Shown: in pieces, positions 1 through 9,972 of the stretch
Numbering within the stretch: position 1 is the stretch's first letter
Layout of the letters: each line of letters starts with the position of its first letter
NCBI GenBank assembly: GCA_964549305.1
Contig: CAZJVM010000076.1
Location: forward strand, 1-12,063
Source of the DNA: an uncultured bacterium
GTDB lineage: Bacteria > Schekmanbacteria > GWA2-38-11 > J061
DNA: 12,063 nucleotides
Direction of reading: 5' to 3'
Notes under the pieces: model-generated
The model's input: the letters and a program-made list of their open reading frames with translations, nothing else
Told to the model about the DNA's origin: nothing
The model's database searches: none
Made by a program: the position numbers and the translations under genes

Positions 1-50
1 GTGTCTTCGGCGTGAGAGGCCGATATCCTAAACCGCTAGACGATGGGACC
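1..50 (-). tRNA. tRNA-Glu, anticodon CTC (5' portion only; T-arm and 3' end lie outside the window)
   Basis: The reverse complement reads GGTCCCA TC GTCTAGCGGTTTAGGAT A TCGGC CTCTCAC GCCGA AGAC AC. This gives the acceptor 5' strand, a Glu-type D-arm, a perfect 5-bp anticodon stem TCGGC/GCCGA and a 7-nt loop with CTC (plus-strand positions 14-16). Confidence 0.95.
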
Positions 51-65
51 ATTTAGAATCAGCTA

Positions 66-95
66 TTAATAATCAATTAGAAGCATAGATGTCAA
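66..95 (-). promoter_or_regulatory. Probable sigma70 promoter of tRNA-Glu
   Basis: Perfect TTGACA on the minus strand (95-90), an 18-nt spacer and an AT-rich -10-like TATTAA (71-66), ending 15 nt before the tRNA 5' end. The -10 match is imperfect. Confidence 0.6.
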
Positions 96-183
96 CCGCT
101 AAATTTTCCTGCAGATTGTGGAAGCATGGGCTGATGCTGAGAAAAAAGTGGGAATGAAAGTGCCCGAAATGTAATTGGCGGAC

Positions 184-1128
184 TCAGGATTTACAGTTTG
201 TTTTCAGAACTTCAATGGCGTGCTTCATATCCTGCGGAAGGGGAGAATGAAATTCCATTTCTTCACCTTTGGCGGGATGTATGAATTTGATGGTTTCAGC
301 GTGAAGCGCCTGTCTTCCCAATCTTAGTCCCATTCTCTTTTCTTTTTCAGTTATTCCGTGACCATAGGTGGCGTCGCCCAATAGGGGACAGTTGACGCTT
401 TTAAGATGTACCCTTATCTGATGAGTTCTTCCGGTCTTGAGAGAAAGCTCTATGAGGGCGTAACCGGCGAATTTTTCTTCAACTCTGTAGTGCGTTACCG
501 CTTCCCTTCCTCCTTCCTTCAGCACTGCCATTTTTTTTCTGTGAAGGGGATTTCTTCCTATGGACGCATCGATTATTCCTGACATTCGCCTCGGTATGCC
601 TCTTGTGAGAGCTTTGTAAATCCGTGTGAGCGCGCGCGATTTAAGCTGTTTTGAAAGGGAGATGTGCGCTGAATCATTTTTTGCGGCAACGATTAACCCC
701 GATGTGTCCTTGTCAAGGCGATGCACAATGCCGGGCCTGATTTCGCCTCCAATACCCGAAAGGTCCTTGCAGTGGTGAAGAAGGGCGTTTACGAGAGTGC
801 CCGAGTAATTTCCTGCCGCAGGATGTACTACCATTCCGGCGGGCTTGTCGATTACTAATAAATCTGAATCTTCGTAGACGATTTCAAGGGGAATGTCTTC
901 GGCTTTTGTCGAAATTTCCGAAGGCGCGGGAATGATAACGCTTATCATTTCTCCCCCTTTGAGCTTCTGGCTCGGCTTTACGGGCAGGGAGTCGATTGTA
1001 ATGTTGCCTTCCCTCATAAGTCGCTGAATCGCTGAGCGTGTAAGGGCGGTAAGTTTTTTGCATAAAATCGAATCGATTCGCTCACCCTTGTTTTCAGCTT
1101 TAATTCTTACAGTAAATTGTTTTTCCAT
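184..1128 (-). CDS. rluD: RluA-family (RluD-like) 23S rRNA pseudouridine synthase with N-terminal S4 domain, about 314 aa
   Basis: S4 domain (GERIDSIL...TRSAIQRLMREGNI), motif I (VIDKPAGMVVHP), catalytic motif II (RPGIVHRLDKDTSG), motif III (TGRTHQIRVH) and RQALHA. The start is moved from the track's 1179 to the ATG at 1128 (MEKQF), because the extension covers the divergent promoter region. Confidence 0.93.
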   Translation of the reverse strand: MEKQFTVRIKAENKGERIDSILCKKLTALTRSAIQRLMREGNITIDSLPVKPSQKLKGGEMISVIIPAPSEISTKAEDIPLEIVYEDSDLLVIDKPAGMVVHPAAGNYSGTLVNALLHHCKDLSGIGGEIRPGIVHRLDKDTSGLIVAAKNDSAHISLSKQLKSRALTRIYKALTRGIPRRMSGIIDASIGRNPLHRKKMAVLKEGGREAVTHYRVEEKFAGYALIELSLKTGRTHQIRVHLKSVNCPLLGDATYGHGITEKEKRMGLRLGRQALHAETIKFIHPAKGEEMEFHSPLPQDMKHAIEVLKTNCKS

Positions 1129-1137
1129 ATGCTGAAG

Positions 1138-1143
1138 ATTATA
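1138..1143 (-). promoter_or_regulatory. -10 box TATAAT for the rluD-like gene
   Basis: Perfect TATAAT on the minus strand, 9 nt upstream of ATG 1128. No convincing -35 box or Shine-Dalgarno sequence. Confidence 0.5.
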
Positions 1144-1182
1144 GAACATTTCCGCTCTTAAAGGTATTTGTAAAATCAATTC

Positions 1183-1212
1183 TTGCGTCCTGTAAAAACT
1201 TCCGGCTATACT
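1183..1212 (+). promoter_or_regulatory. Probable sigma70 promoter of the MDR dehydrogenase gene
   Basis: TTGCGT (1183-1188), 18 nt, TATACT (1207-1212), ending 10 nt before ATG 1223. Confidence 0.55.
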
Positions 1213-1222
1213 TTTTAACGTT

Positions 1223-2197
1223 ATGAAAGGACTCTATTTTAACGGCAAAAAACTTATCCTGAAAGATGACATTCCGAAACCGCGCCCTAAAAAAGGGGAG
1301 GCGCTTGTAAGGGTTATCAAGGCAGGTGTCTGCAATACGGACATTGAGATTACAAAGGGATATATGAATTTTCGGGGTGTTGCGGGACATGAGTTTGTGG
1401 GGATGGTTGAAAAAAGCGCCGATAAAAAGTTTTTGGGAAAGCGCGTCTGCGGAGAAATCAACCTTGCCTGCGGAAGATGCGAATACTGCGCAGAGGGAAT
1501 GGGAAATCATTGTCCCGCAAGGAAAGTGCTGGGCATCCTCTCAAAGGACGGTTGCTTCGCGGAATTTATTACCCTGCCTGAAAAAAATCTTCATATTGTT
1601 TCTTCGTCGGTTTCTGATGATGAAGCTGTTTTCACTGAACCCCTTGCCGCCTGTTTTGAAACTTTGAAGCAGGTGAAGATTAATGAAAACGACAGAGTTG
1701 CTGTTATGGGAGACGGAAAACTCGGACTGCTCATGGCACAGGTCGCAGGTCTGAAATCTCAAAATGTAGTTCTCGTCGGAAGGCACGAAGAACATTTAAA
1801 ACTTGCGAAAGGACAGGGTCTCTCTGTGGCGGTACTTGAAAAATCAAAAAGGATGGAGGCGTTGAAAAGGGGAAAGTGCCATATTGTCATTGACTGCGCG
1901 GGCACACCTGAAGGATTGTCTCTTTCAATGGATATAGTAAAACCGCGGGGAAAGATAGTGTTAAAAAGCACCTTTGCAGGTGGTTTGCCCTTAAACCTTG
2001 CTCCTCTCGTAATAAATGAAGTTACAGTCATAGGGTCGCGATGCGGTCCTTTCCCCGATGCGCTAAAGGCACTTCAAAGCAGGAAGATAAATGTCGCTCC
2101 CCTGATTTCAAAAAAGTTTCCCCTTTCTCAGGGTATCGAAGCAATGGAATATGCGAAAAAAAGGGGAGTGTTGAAGGTAATCCTCGATGTTTCCTGA
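1223..2197 (+). CDS. Zn-dependent medium-chain dehydrogenase/reductase (alcohol or threonine dehydrogenase-like), substrate unknown, 324 aa
   Basis: Catalytic Zn motifs GVCNTD and GHEFVG, structural Zn cluster CGRCEYC...HC, TEPLAA, and Rossmann loop GDGKLG. Confidence 0.93.
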   Translation: MKGLYFNGKKLILKDDIPKPRPKKGEALVRVIKAGVCNTDIEITKGYMNFRGVAGHEFVGMVEKSADKKFLGKRVCGEINLACGRCEYCAEGMGNHCPARKVLGILSKDGCFAEFITLPEKNLHIVSSSVSDDEAVFTEPLAACFETLKQVKINENDRVAVMGDGKLGLLMAQVAGLKSQNVVLVGRHEEHLKLAKGQGLSVAVLEKSKRMEALKRGKCHIVIDCAGTPEGLSLSMDIVKPRGKIVLKSTFAGGLPLNLAPLVINEVTVIGSRCGPFPDALKALQSRKINVAPLISKKFPLSQGIEAMEYAKKRGVLKVILDVS

Positions 2198-2210
2198 ATG
2201 TTCAAAAGAT

Positions 2211-3188
2211 TTACGAAAGGTTTGTTAATTCAAGTTTATTGATATATGCCATAAAGTCATCGGGAAGTGGCGCTTTCAATGATATTTCCTTTCCCGTCAC
2301 TTCGCGCGGAAGAATGATTTCTTCAGCGTGAAGAAGGTGGTGGTTTGGGCTTAGCGTATCATGCTTGTGCTGTCTTGAAGACTGATAAAGCCTGTCGCCT
2401 GCCACAGGATGCTTTACCGATGCGAGATGGCATCTTATCTGATGCATAACACCGCTTAGTATTCGCGCTTCCACGAGAGAGTATCCCCTGAATTTTTTCA
2501 ATACCAGTATTTTTGTCTCGGCGCGCAGAATTTTCTTTGAAGGGGCGGTCTTTTTCATTATGAAGTTTTTATCGAGTGCCTTCATCTTTCTCTTGTCTTT
2601 TTCGTGATGCATCAGAGAGTTGTCAACTGTGACGCCTTTTTCCATCTCACCGAGCACAAGCGCTTTGTATCTTTTTTCAATTTTCTTTCCGGACATAAGC
2701 TTTCTCATATAGAGAAATGTTTTTTCGTTTTTTGCGCCAAGCAGAACCCCTGAAGTGTTAATGTCGAGGCGGTGGAGAATCGCCGGTTCCATTGGAGAAA
2801 AACCGAATTGCGACGTTTCAGGGTATCGATGCAGTATGAAGTTTACCACCGTGTTATCTTCTTCCGCGGATATGGGGTGGCAGGGCATTCCCGCGGGTTT
2901 GTTAAGAGCAAAGAGGTCATTGTTTTCAAAGATTATCTCTACGCGAAGGCGGGGATTTGCCGAAGGCACGAGATCCTGCGGTTCAGGTATTTCCAATATT
3001 GTAATCTCATCTCCCCTGGAAAGGGTTTCGCCTTTTTTTGAAATTTTTCCATTAAGGAGAATCTTGCCTTTTTTTATCACCTGCTGGATTATCCGTTTTG
3101 AAATCTGGGGAAACCGTTCGTTAATGCATGTGTCGAGGCGTTTTCCCCCATCGGATTCTTCTGCCGAAAATATCTTATTTTTAATCAT
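2211..3188 (-). CDS. Second RluA-family pseudouridine synthase with S4 domain (divergent paralog), 325 aa
   Basis: GKRLD S4 start, LNKPAGMPCHP, catalytic LHRLDINTSG, KRYKALV, variant motif III SGVMHQIRCH, HPVAGDRLY and LLHA. Confidence 0.9.
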   Translation of the reverse strand: MIKNKIFSAEESDGGKRLDTCINERFPQISKRIIQQVIKKGKILLNGKISKKGETLSRGDEITILEIPEPQDLVPSANPRLRVEIIFENNDLFALNKPAGMPCHPISAEEDNTVVNFILHRYPETSQFGFSPMEPAILHRLDINTSGVLLGAKNEKTFLYMRKLMSGKKIEKRYKALVLGEMEKGVTVDNSLMHHEKDKRKMKALDKNFIMKKTAPSKKILRAETKILVLKKFRGYSLVEARILSGVMHQIRCHLASVKHPVAGDRLYQSSRQHKHDTLSPNHHLLHAEEIILPREVTGKEISLKAPLPDDFMAYINKLELTNLS

Positions 3189-3313
3189 ATTTTAGCGCGA
3201 TAATTTTAGTGTACGAATAATTATATGGTATTTGAATTTAGGAAAACAGGAAATATAAAAACATTAAATAAGAAGAATATGATATAGCAATACCTGTACC
3301 CATTTTTCAGTCA

Positions 3314-4177
3314 TTATTTCTGAAACGCAAGAACGATTATACCTGCAAGCATAAGCAATGCGCCTGAGATTTTCTGCGTGATTCCCTTTTCTGCGAAAAA
3401 GAAATATCCGTAAAGTACGCTGAAAATCAGATTGCTTCTCTTTACCGATATCATATAGGCGACATTAGTGAGCGATAACGCGGCAAAGTGGGTAAGAAGC
3501 GAAAGCGCGTAAGCGATTCCAATTAGAATGAAAAGCCATTTTTTCCGTTTCAGAATCGAACTCATTTTCATATCCGATTTTTTGACAAAGGGGAGAAGCA
3601 GAAAGGGCTGAATCATAAAATATGTGCATCCGAAAAAAACGGGACTTGAATGAGTAATGCCCATCTTTCCGAAATTGGATGTTATGCTGTATAAAAATGC
3701 CACCGCAATCATAAGAATAATTCCTCTGTCTTTTCCAATCATTTTAAAGGGCGCGAAAAATCCCTTACTTTTATCGCGGATATTCAGGATGTATCCTCCC
3801 GACGCTATGAGAAAAATTCCCACGGCGCCCTGCAGTCCGGTTTTTTCTCCGAGCATTATATATGATGTGGGAATTAGGAAAACCGGAGTCAGCGCAAGGA
3901 AGGGAATAGTCAGGGAAAGTTCTGAAATCTGGATTGCTTTCATATAAAAGAGCAGTGCAGTAATCTCGAGGGGAAGTCCGCAGACTACGGCAATGAAATA
4001 ATAACGGTCAACCGGCGGTATTTCGCTCAGAATCAGTATCAGTCCGAGAAAGGGAAAGCAGAATACAAGACGTATCCACGCCACATAGTAAATATTTTCG
4101 CTTTGTAAAGCTTTTTTTGACAAAGCGTCGGTTGTGGCAGTAAGATAACCGCACAGGAGAGAAAGAAAAAACCACAT
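3314..4177 (-). CDS. EamA/DMT-superfamily membrane transporter, 287 aa
   Basis: About 10 hydrophobic segments in two repeated halves, each ending in a typical DMT motif (LTPVFLIPTSYIMLGEK; FSVLYGYFFFAEK). Shine-Dalgarno TAAGGA lies 7 nt upstream of the ATG. Confidence 0.9.
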   Translation of the reverse strand: MWFFLSLLCGYLTATTDALSKKALQSENIYYVAWIRLVFCFPFLGLILILSEIPPVDRYYFIAVVCGLPLEITALLFYMKAIQISELSLTIPFLALTPVFLIPTSYIMLGEKTGLQGAVGIFLIASGGYILNIRDKSKGFFAPFKMIGKDRGIILMIAVAFLYSITSNFGKMGITHSSPVFFGCTYFMIQPFLLLPFVKKSDMKMSSILKRKKWLFILIGIAYALSLLTHFAALSLTNVAYMISVKRSNLIFSVLYGYFFFAEKGITQKISGALLMLAGIIVLAFQK

Positions 4178-4204
4178 AACTGTTTCCTTAAATTACAGGT
4201 AAAC

Positions 4205-4217
4205 TGCTATTATAATA
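4205..4217. promoter_or_regulatory. Symmetric -10 region between the divergent EamA and DUF763 genes
   Basis: Perfect palindrome TATTATAATA (4208-4217) gives TATAAT on both strands. The plus strand also has an extended -10, TG-C-TATTAT (4205-4213). Confidence 0.6.
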
Positions 4218-4276
4218 TTTATCTGAAAAAAAAAGAAACTCAGTTGCTATTCCCTTAATTATTTTTAAAAAGACAA

Positions 4277-6677
<2,401 letters not shown>

Positions 6678-6766
6678 TTGTTTGGCAGGCGGATATCCCG
6701 AACAGGCCGTGGAATGACTCTTTGTTTTTTTCAGAGAGATGAAAGACTTTTTTGATAAGGTGCAAT

Positions 6767-7060
6767 ATGCCTATCTATGAGTATAAATGTAAAAAGTGCG
6801 GCAAGATAAGCTCATTCATGGAAAAGGTGGATGAGTTCAGAATCCTCGGGAGAAAATGCACCAACTGCGGAAGCAGAAGAACAAAGAAAGTGATGTCCGG
6901 ATTTTCCACGTCAAAACGCGCCGATATGCCTTCTATGATAAACGAACTGAAAAAATACGGTCCCGTGAATTTCGTTCCGGGCACACCGCCGGCGCAGGGA
7001 CCGCCTCCCGGAGGATGTCCTTACGGCGCCCCTGATAAAAGCGCAAAATCCGACGATTAG
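6767..7060 (+). CDS. FmdB-family zinc-ribbon protein (putative regulator), about 97 aa
   Basis: Hallmark N-terminus MPIYEYKCKKCG and second pair CTNCGS. The start is set at ATG 6767 (preceded by AAGGTG) rather than TTG 6752. Confidence 0.88.
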   Translation: MPIYEYKCKKCGKISSFMEKVDEFRILGRKCTNCGSRRTKKVMSGFSTSKRADMPSMINELKKYGPVNFVPGTPPAQGPPPGGCPYGAPDKSAKSDD

Positions 7061-7099
7061 GATTACGGCAATGCTAATCCTTTAAAGGGAGACTTCCCT

Positions 7100-9898
7100 A
7101 TGGACAATTCTTCCCGTATTTCAAAGGACAAACCTCTTCGCGAAGATGTGCGCTTTCTCGGCAACCTGCTCGGTGAAGTCCTCATCGAACAGGCGGGAAA
7201 AGGGGTTTTTGACAGAGAGGAAACTCTCCGCGCCCTGAGCAAAAAAAACCGCTCAGCCTTCAATCCGCGCTTTGACAAGAAAATGAAACAGATTGTGGAA
7301 GCGTTGGGTACGGACAACCTTGAAGGTGTAATAAGGGCTTTCTCCATTTACTTTCAGCTTGTAAATATTGCCGAGCAGTATCACCGCATAAGAAGGAAAA
7401 AATACTACAAGCTTCATCGGGGAAATGTCATACAAAGGGGCTCGTTCAAAGAGCTTGCCCTATGGCTAAAAAAAGCGGGCATCGGGCAAAGGAAGCTTGC
7501 GAAAATTCTTGATGAGATTTCCATAGAGCTTGTAACTACTGCCCATCCCACGGAAGCTGTGCGAAGGACAGTGCTCGCGAAGATAAGAAACATTGCCAAC
7601 CTTCTTGAAAAAAGAGAAGAAGCGGGGCTTACGCACTATGAGAGGCGAAAGCTTTTGGCGGAATTTAAAAAAGAGATAACACTCCTCTGGCAGACAGACG
7701 AGATAAGAAGCTTCAAGCCGTCCATTACCGATGAAATCAGAAATTCCCTCTACTACTTTGATGAAATATTTTATGACTCGGCGGCTGAGATACACGAAGA
7801 ATTGGAAGATGCCCTTGACGGCGGGGGGAAGGGAAACTTCTCAATCCCTGAGCTTATAACCTTCGGCACGTGGGTTGGAGGCGACAGGGACGGCAACCCC
7901 CTTGTAGATGACGCTGTAACAGAGCGCGCGGCACGCTTTCAGAAGGACCTTGTATTAAGTCGCTACAGGCAGGAGTGCAGGTGTCTTCTTGACACATTGA
8001 GCATTTCGGCAAGGATTGTGCCCGCAAGCAGAAAGTTGATGCTTTCCATTGCCCGTGATGGCAGAAAGATGCCGGAGGTGAAACTTGCAACGGCGTCAAG
8101 AAACACAAACGAGCCATACAGAAAGAAGCTTACCTTTATGCTGGCAAAAATTGACAACACCATAGAGAAAAATTACGGGCAGGGGAAAAGACGTATTCCC
8201 TCCTCAAAAACCTATGCCCGTTACGAAGAATTTCTGAAGGATTTAAATGTAATCAGGGAAAGCCTCATCGAAAACAAGACAGAGTCCGCTGCCCGTGACT
8301 CCGTTGATTCTCTCATAAGGAAAGTTAAGATGTTTCGCTTTAACTTGAGCGCTATCGATGTGAGGGAGTACTCACGAAGCATAAATTCGGCAGTGGGAGA
8401 GATTGGGGAGATTGCAGGAGTCTGCCGTAAGAGTTTATATCTTGAATCTGGAAACGATGAACGCGTTGAAATCTTGAACCGTCTTTTCGCAGATGAGGGA
8501 AAAATAGAAAACAATGTTTCGGGAAAACTCACTCCGCCTTCCTTTAGAATAGTCAGTCTCTTCTCGACGATAAAAAAGCTTCGCGAGGAGATTACCACTG
8601 ATATTATCAACTCATTTATCATTAGCAATACTGACGCGCCTTCTGACATTCTTGAAGTTCTTCTGCTTTTGAGGGTTTTTACCTTCCACAGGGAACGAGG
8701 CGGAAAAAAGAAAAACGGCATAGACGTAGTGCCTCTTTTTGAATCAATCGAATCTCTGAGAAAATCGCCCCTTATAATGAAATTTTTATGGAAACATCCT
8801 GTTTATAAAAAACATATGAGGCAAAGGGGAATGAGGCAGGAGATAATGCTTGGATACTCAGACAGCAACAAGGACGGAGGATACCTCACTTCAAACTGGG
8901 AATTATACAGGGCGCAGAGAAACCTCCATACCGCTTCTTCGCGATACGGAATTGAATTGAAACTTTTTCACGGACGAGGCGGCACTGTAGGGCGGGGAGG
9001 AGGACCGACGAATGCCGCAATACTGGCGCTTCCCGAAGGATTGAGCGGGAAGATAAAAATTACCGAGCAGGGCGAAGTTATTTCATCGAAATATCTTATC
9101 AAAGAAATCGCCCTTCGAAACTTCGAACTTGTACTCTCGGCAATGATAATGAAAATGTCGGACACCCGCGATAAAAAACGTTACCACAACAAAAGATATG
9201 AATCAGCAATGGATGCGCTTTCGCGAAATTCCTATAACATTTACCGCAACCTTGTTTATGAAGATGAAAGCTTTATCGAATATTTCTGCCAGGCGTCACC
9301 CCTTGAGGAGATAAGCAAACTCAACATAGGGTCAAGACCCTCAAAAAGAAAACAGTCGGCGCGAATCGAAGACTTGCGGGCAATTCCGTGGGTTTTCTCG
9401 TGGATGCAGAATCGCCATCTTCTTCCGGGGTGGTACGGTGTGGGGTCTGCATTTGAGCAATTTGTCTCACTTTCCCCCGCAAACGCGAAACTTCTCAGGG
9501 AGATGTACACAAAATGGCCTTTTTTCAAAACCCTTGTGGACAACATCGAGATGACCCTTTCTAAAGCTGATATGAGAATAGCTGAAAACTATATGGCGCT
9601 TGTTAAAGACAGAAGGACAGGTGAAAGAATATTCGGCAAGATAAAAGATGAGTTTGCTCTTACAGAGAAAATGGTTTTGTTTATTACAGGCGGAAAAAAT
9701 CTTCTTGAAAAAAATCCTATTCTTCAAAGGTCTATTGTTTTGCGAAATCCCTACATTGATCCTATGAGTTATATTCAGATTTGTCTTTTAAGGAAACTTC
9801 GCGAAGAAAGACTCAGTCGGTCACAGAGAAGAAGATTCACTTTTATGACGCTTTTGACGATAAACGGAATTTCAGCGGGAATGCGCAACACCGGTTAA
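7100..9898 (+). CDS. ppc: Phosphoenolpyruvate carboxylase (bacterial/plant type), 932 aa
   Basis: TAHPTE, WVGGDRDGNP, VPLFES, QEIMLGYSDSNKDGG, FHGRGGTVGRGGGP, TEQGE, LRAIPWVFSW, LRNPY and the C-terminal MRNTG. Confidence 0.98.
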   Translation: MDNSSRISKDKPLREDVRFLGNLLGEVLIEQAGKGVFDREETLRALSKKNRSAFNPRFDKKMKQIVEALGTDNLEGVIRAFSIYFQLVNIAEQYHRIRRKKYYKLHRGNVIQRGSFKELALWLKKAGIGQRKLAKILDEISIELVTTAHPTEAVRRTVLAKIRNIANLLEKREEAGLTHYERRKLLAEFKKEITLLWQTDEIRSFKPSITDEIRNSLYYFDEIFYDSAAEIHEELEDALDGGGKGNFSIPELITFGTWVGGDRDGNPLVDDAVTERAARFQKDLVLSRYRQECRCLLDTLSISARIVPASRKLMLSIARDGRKMPEVKLATASRNTNEPYRKKLTFMLAKIDNTIEKNYGQGKRRIPSSKTYARYEEFLKDLNVIRESLIENKTESAARDSVDSLIRKVKMFRFNLSAIDVREYSRSINSAVGEIGEIAGVCRKSLYLESGNDERVEILNRLFADEGKIENNVSGKLTPPSFRIVSLFSTIKKLREEITTDIINSFIISNTDAPSDILEVLLLLRVFTFHRERGGKKKNGIDVVPLFESIESLRKSPLIMKFLWKHPVYKKHMRQRGMRQEIMLGYSDSNKDGGYLTSNWELYRAQRNLHTASSRYGIELKLFHGRGGTVGRGGGPTNAAILALPEGLSGKIKITEQGEVISSKYLIKEIALRNFELVLSAMIMKMSDTRDKKRYHNKRYESAMDALSRNSYNIYRNLVYEDESFIEYFCQASPLEEISKLNIGSRPSKRKQSARIEDLRAIPWVFSWMQNRHLLPGWYGVGSAFEQFVSLSPANAKLLREMYTKWPFFKTLVDNIEMTLSKADMRIAENYMALVKDRRTGERIFGKIKDEFALTEKMVLFITGGKNLLEKNPILQRSIVLRNPYIDPMSYIQICLLRKLREERLSRSQRRRFTFMTLLTINGISAGMRNTG

Positions 9899-9937
9899 AT
9901 ATTGCGTTAAATAACAATGGCTTTTGCATCTATGTTG

Positions 9938-9966
9938 TTGACATTAGCTCTCTCAAATGGTATAGA
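9938..9966 (+). promoter_or_regulatory. Sigma70 promoter of the lytic transglycosylase gene
   Basis: TTGACA (9938-9943), 17 nt, TATAGA (9961-9966), with an extended TG at 9958-9959. An alternative -10 is TAGAAT at 9963-9968. Confidence 0.7.
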
Positions 9967-9972
9967 ATGCCT

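Noticed and set aside
2198..2210. Bidirectional terminator between the convergent MDR and second RluA genes
   Set aside because: The 13-nt gap has no stable hairpin or U-tracts.
3235..4194. 13/15 inverted match (3235-3249 versus 4180-4194) as transposon-like ends around eamA
   Set aside because: The match is short and AT-rich, one copy is simply the eamA ribosome-binding site, it is not collinear with the other shared block, and there is no transposase or target duplication.
7063..9727. Many minus-strand ORFs inside ppc (up to 166 aa)
   Set aside because: They overlap a well-supported gene almost entirely and have the Ser/Phe/Ile-rich composition typical of antisense frames.
9781..9972. 64-codon N-terminal extension of slt in the ORF track
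   Set aside because: It overlaps the ppc 3' end and a good sigma70 promoter, and it would bury the signal peptide.
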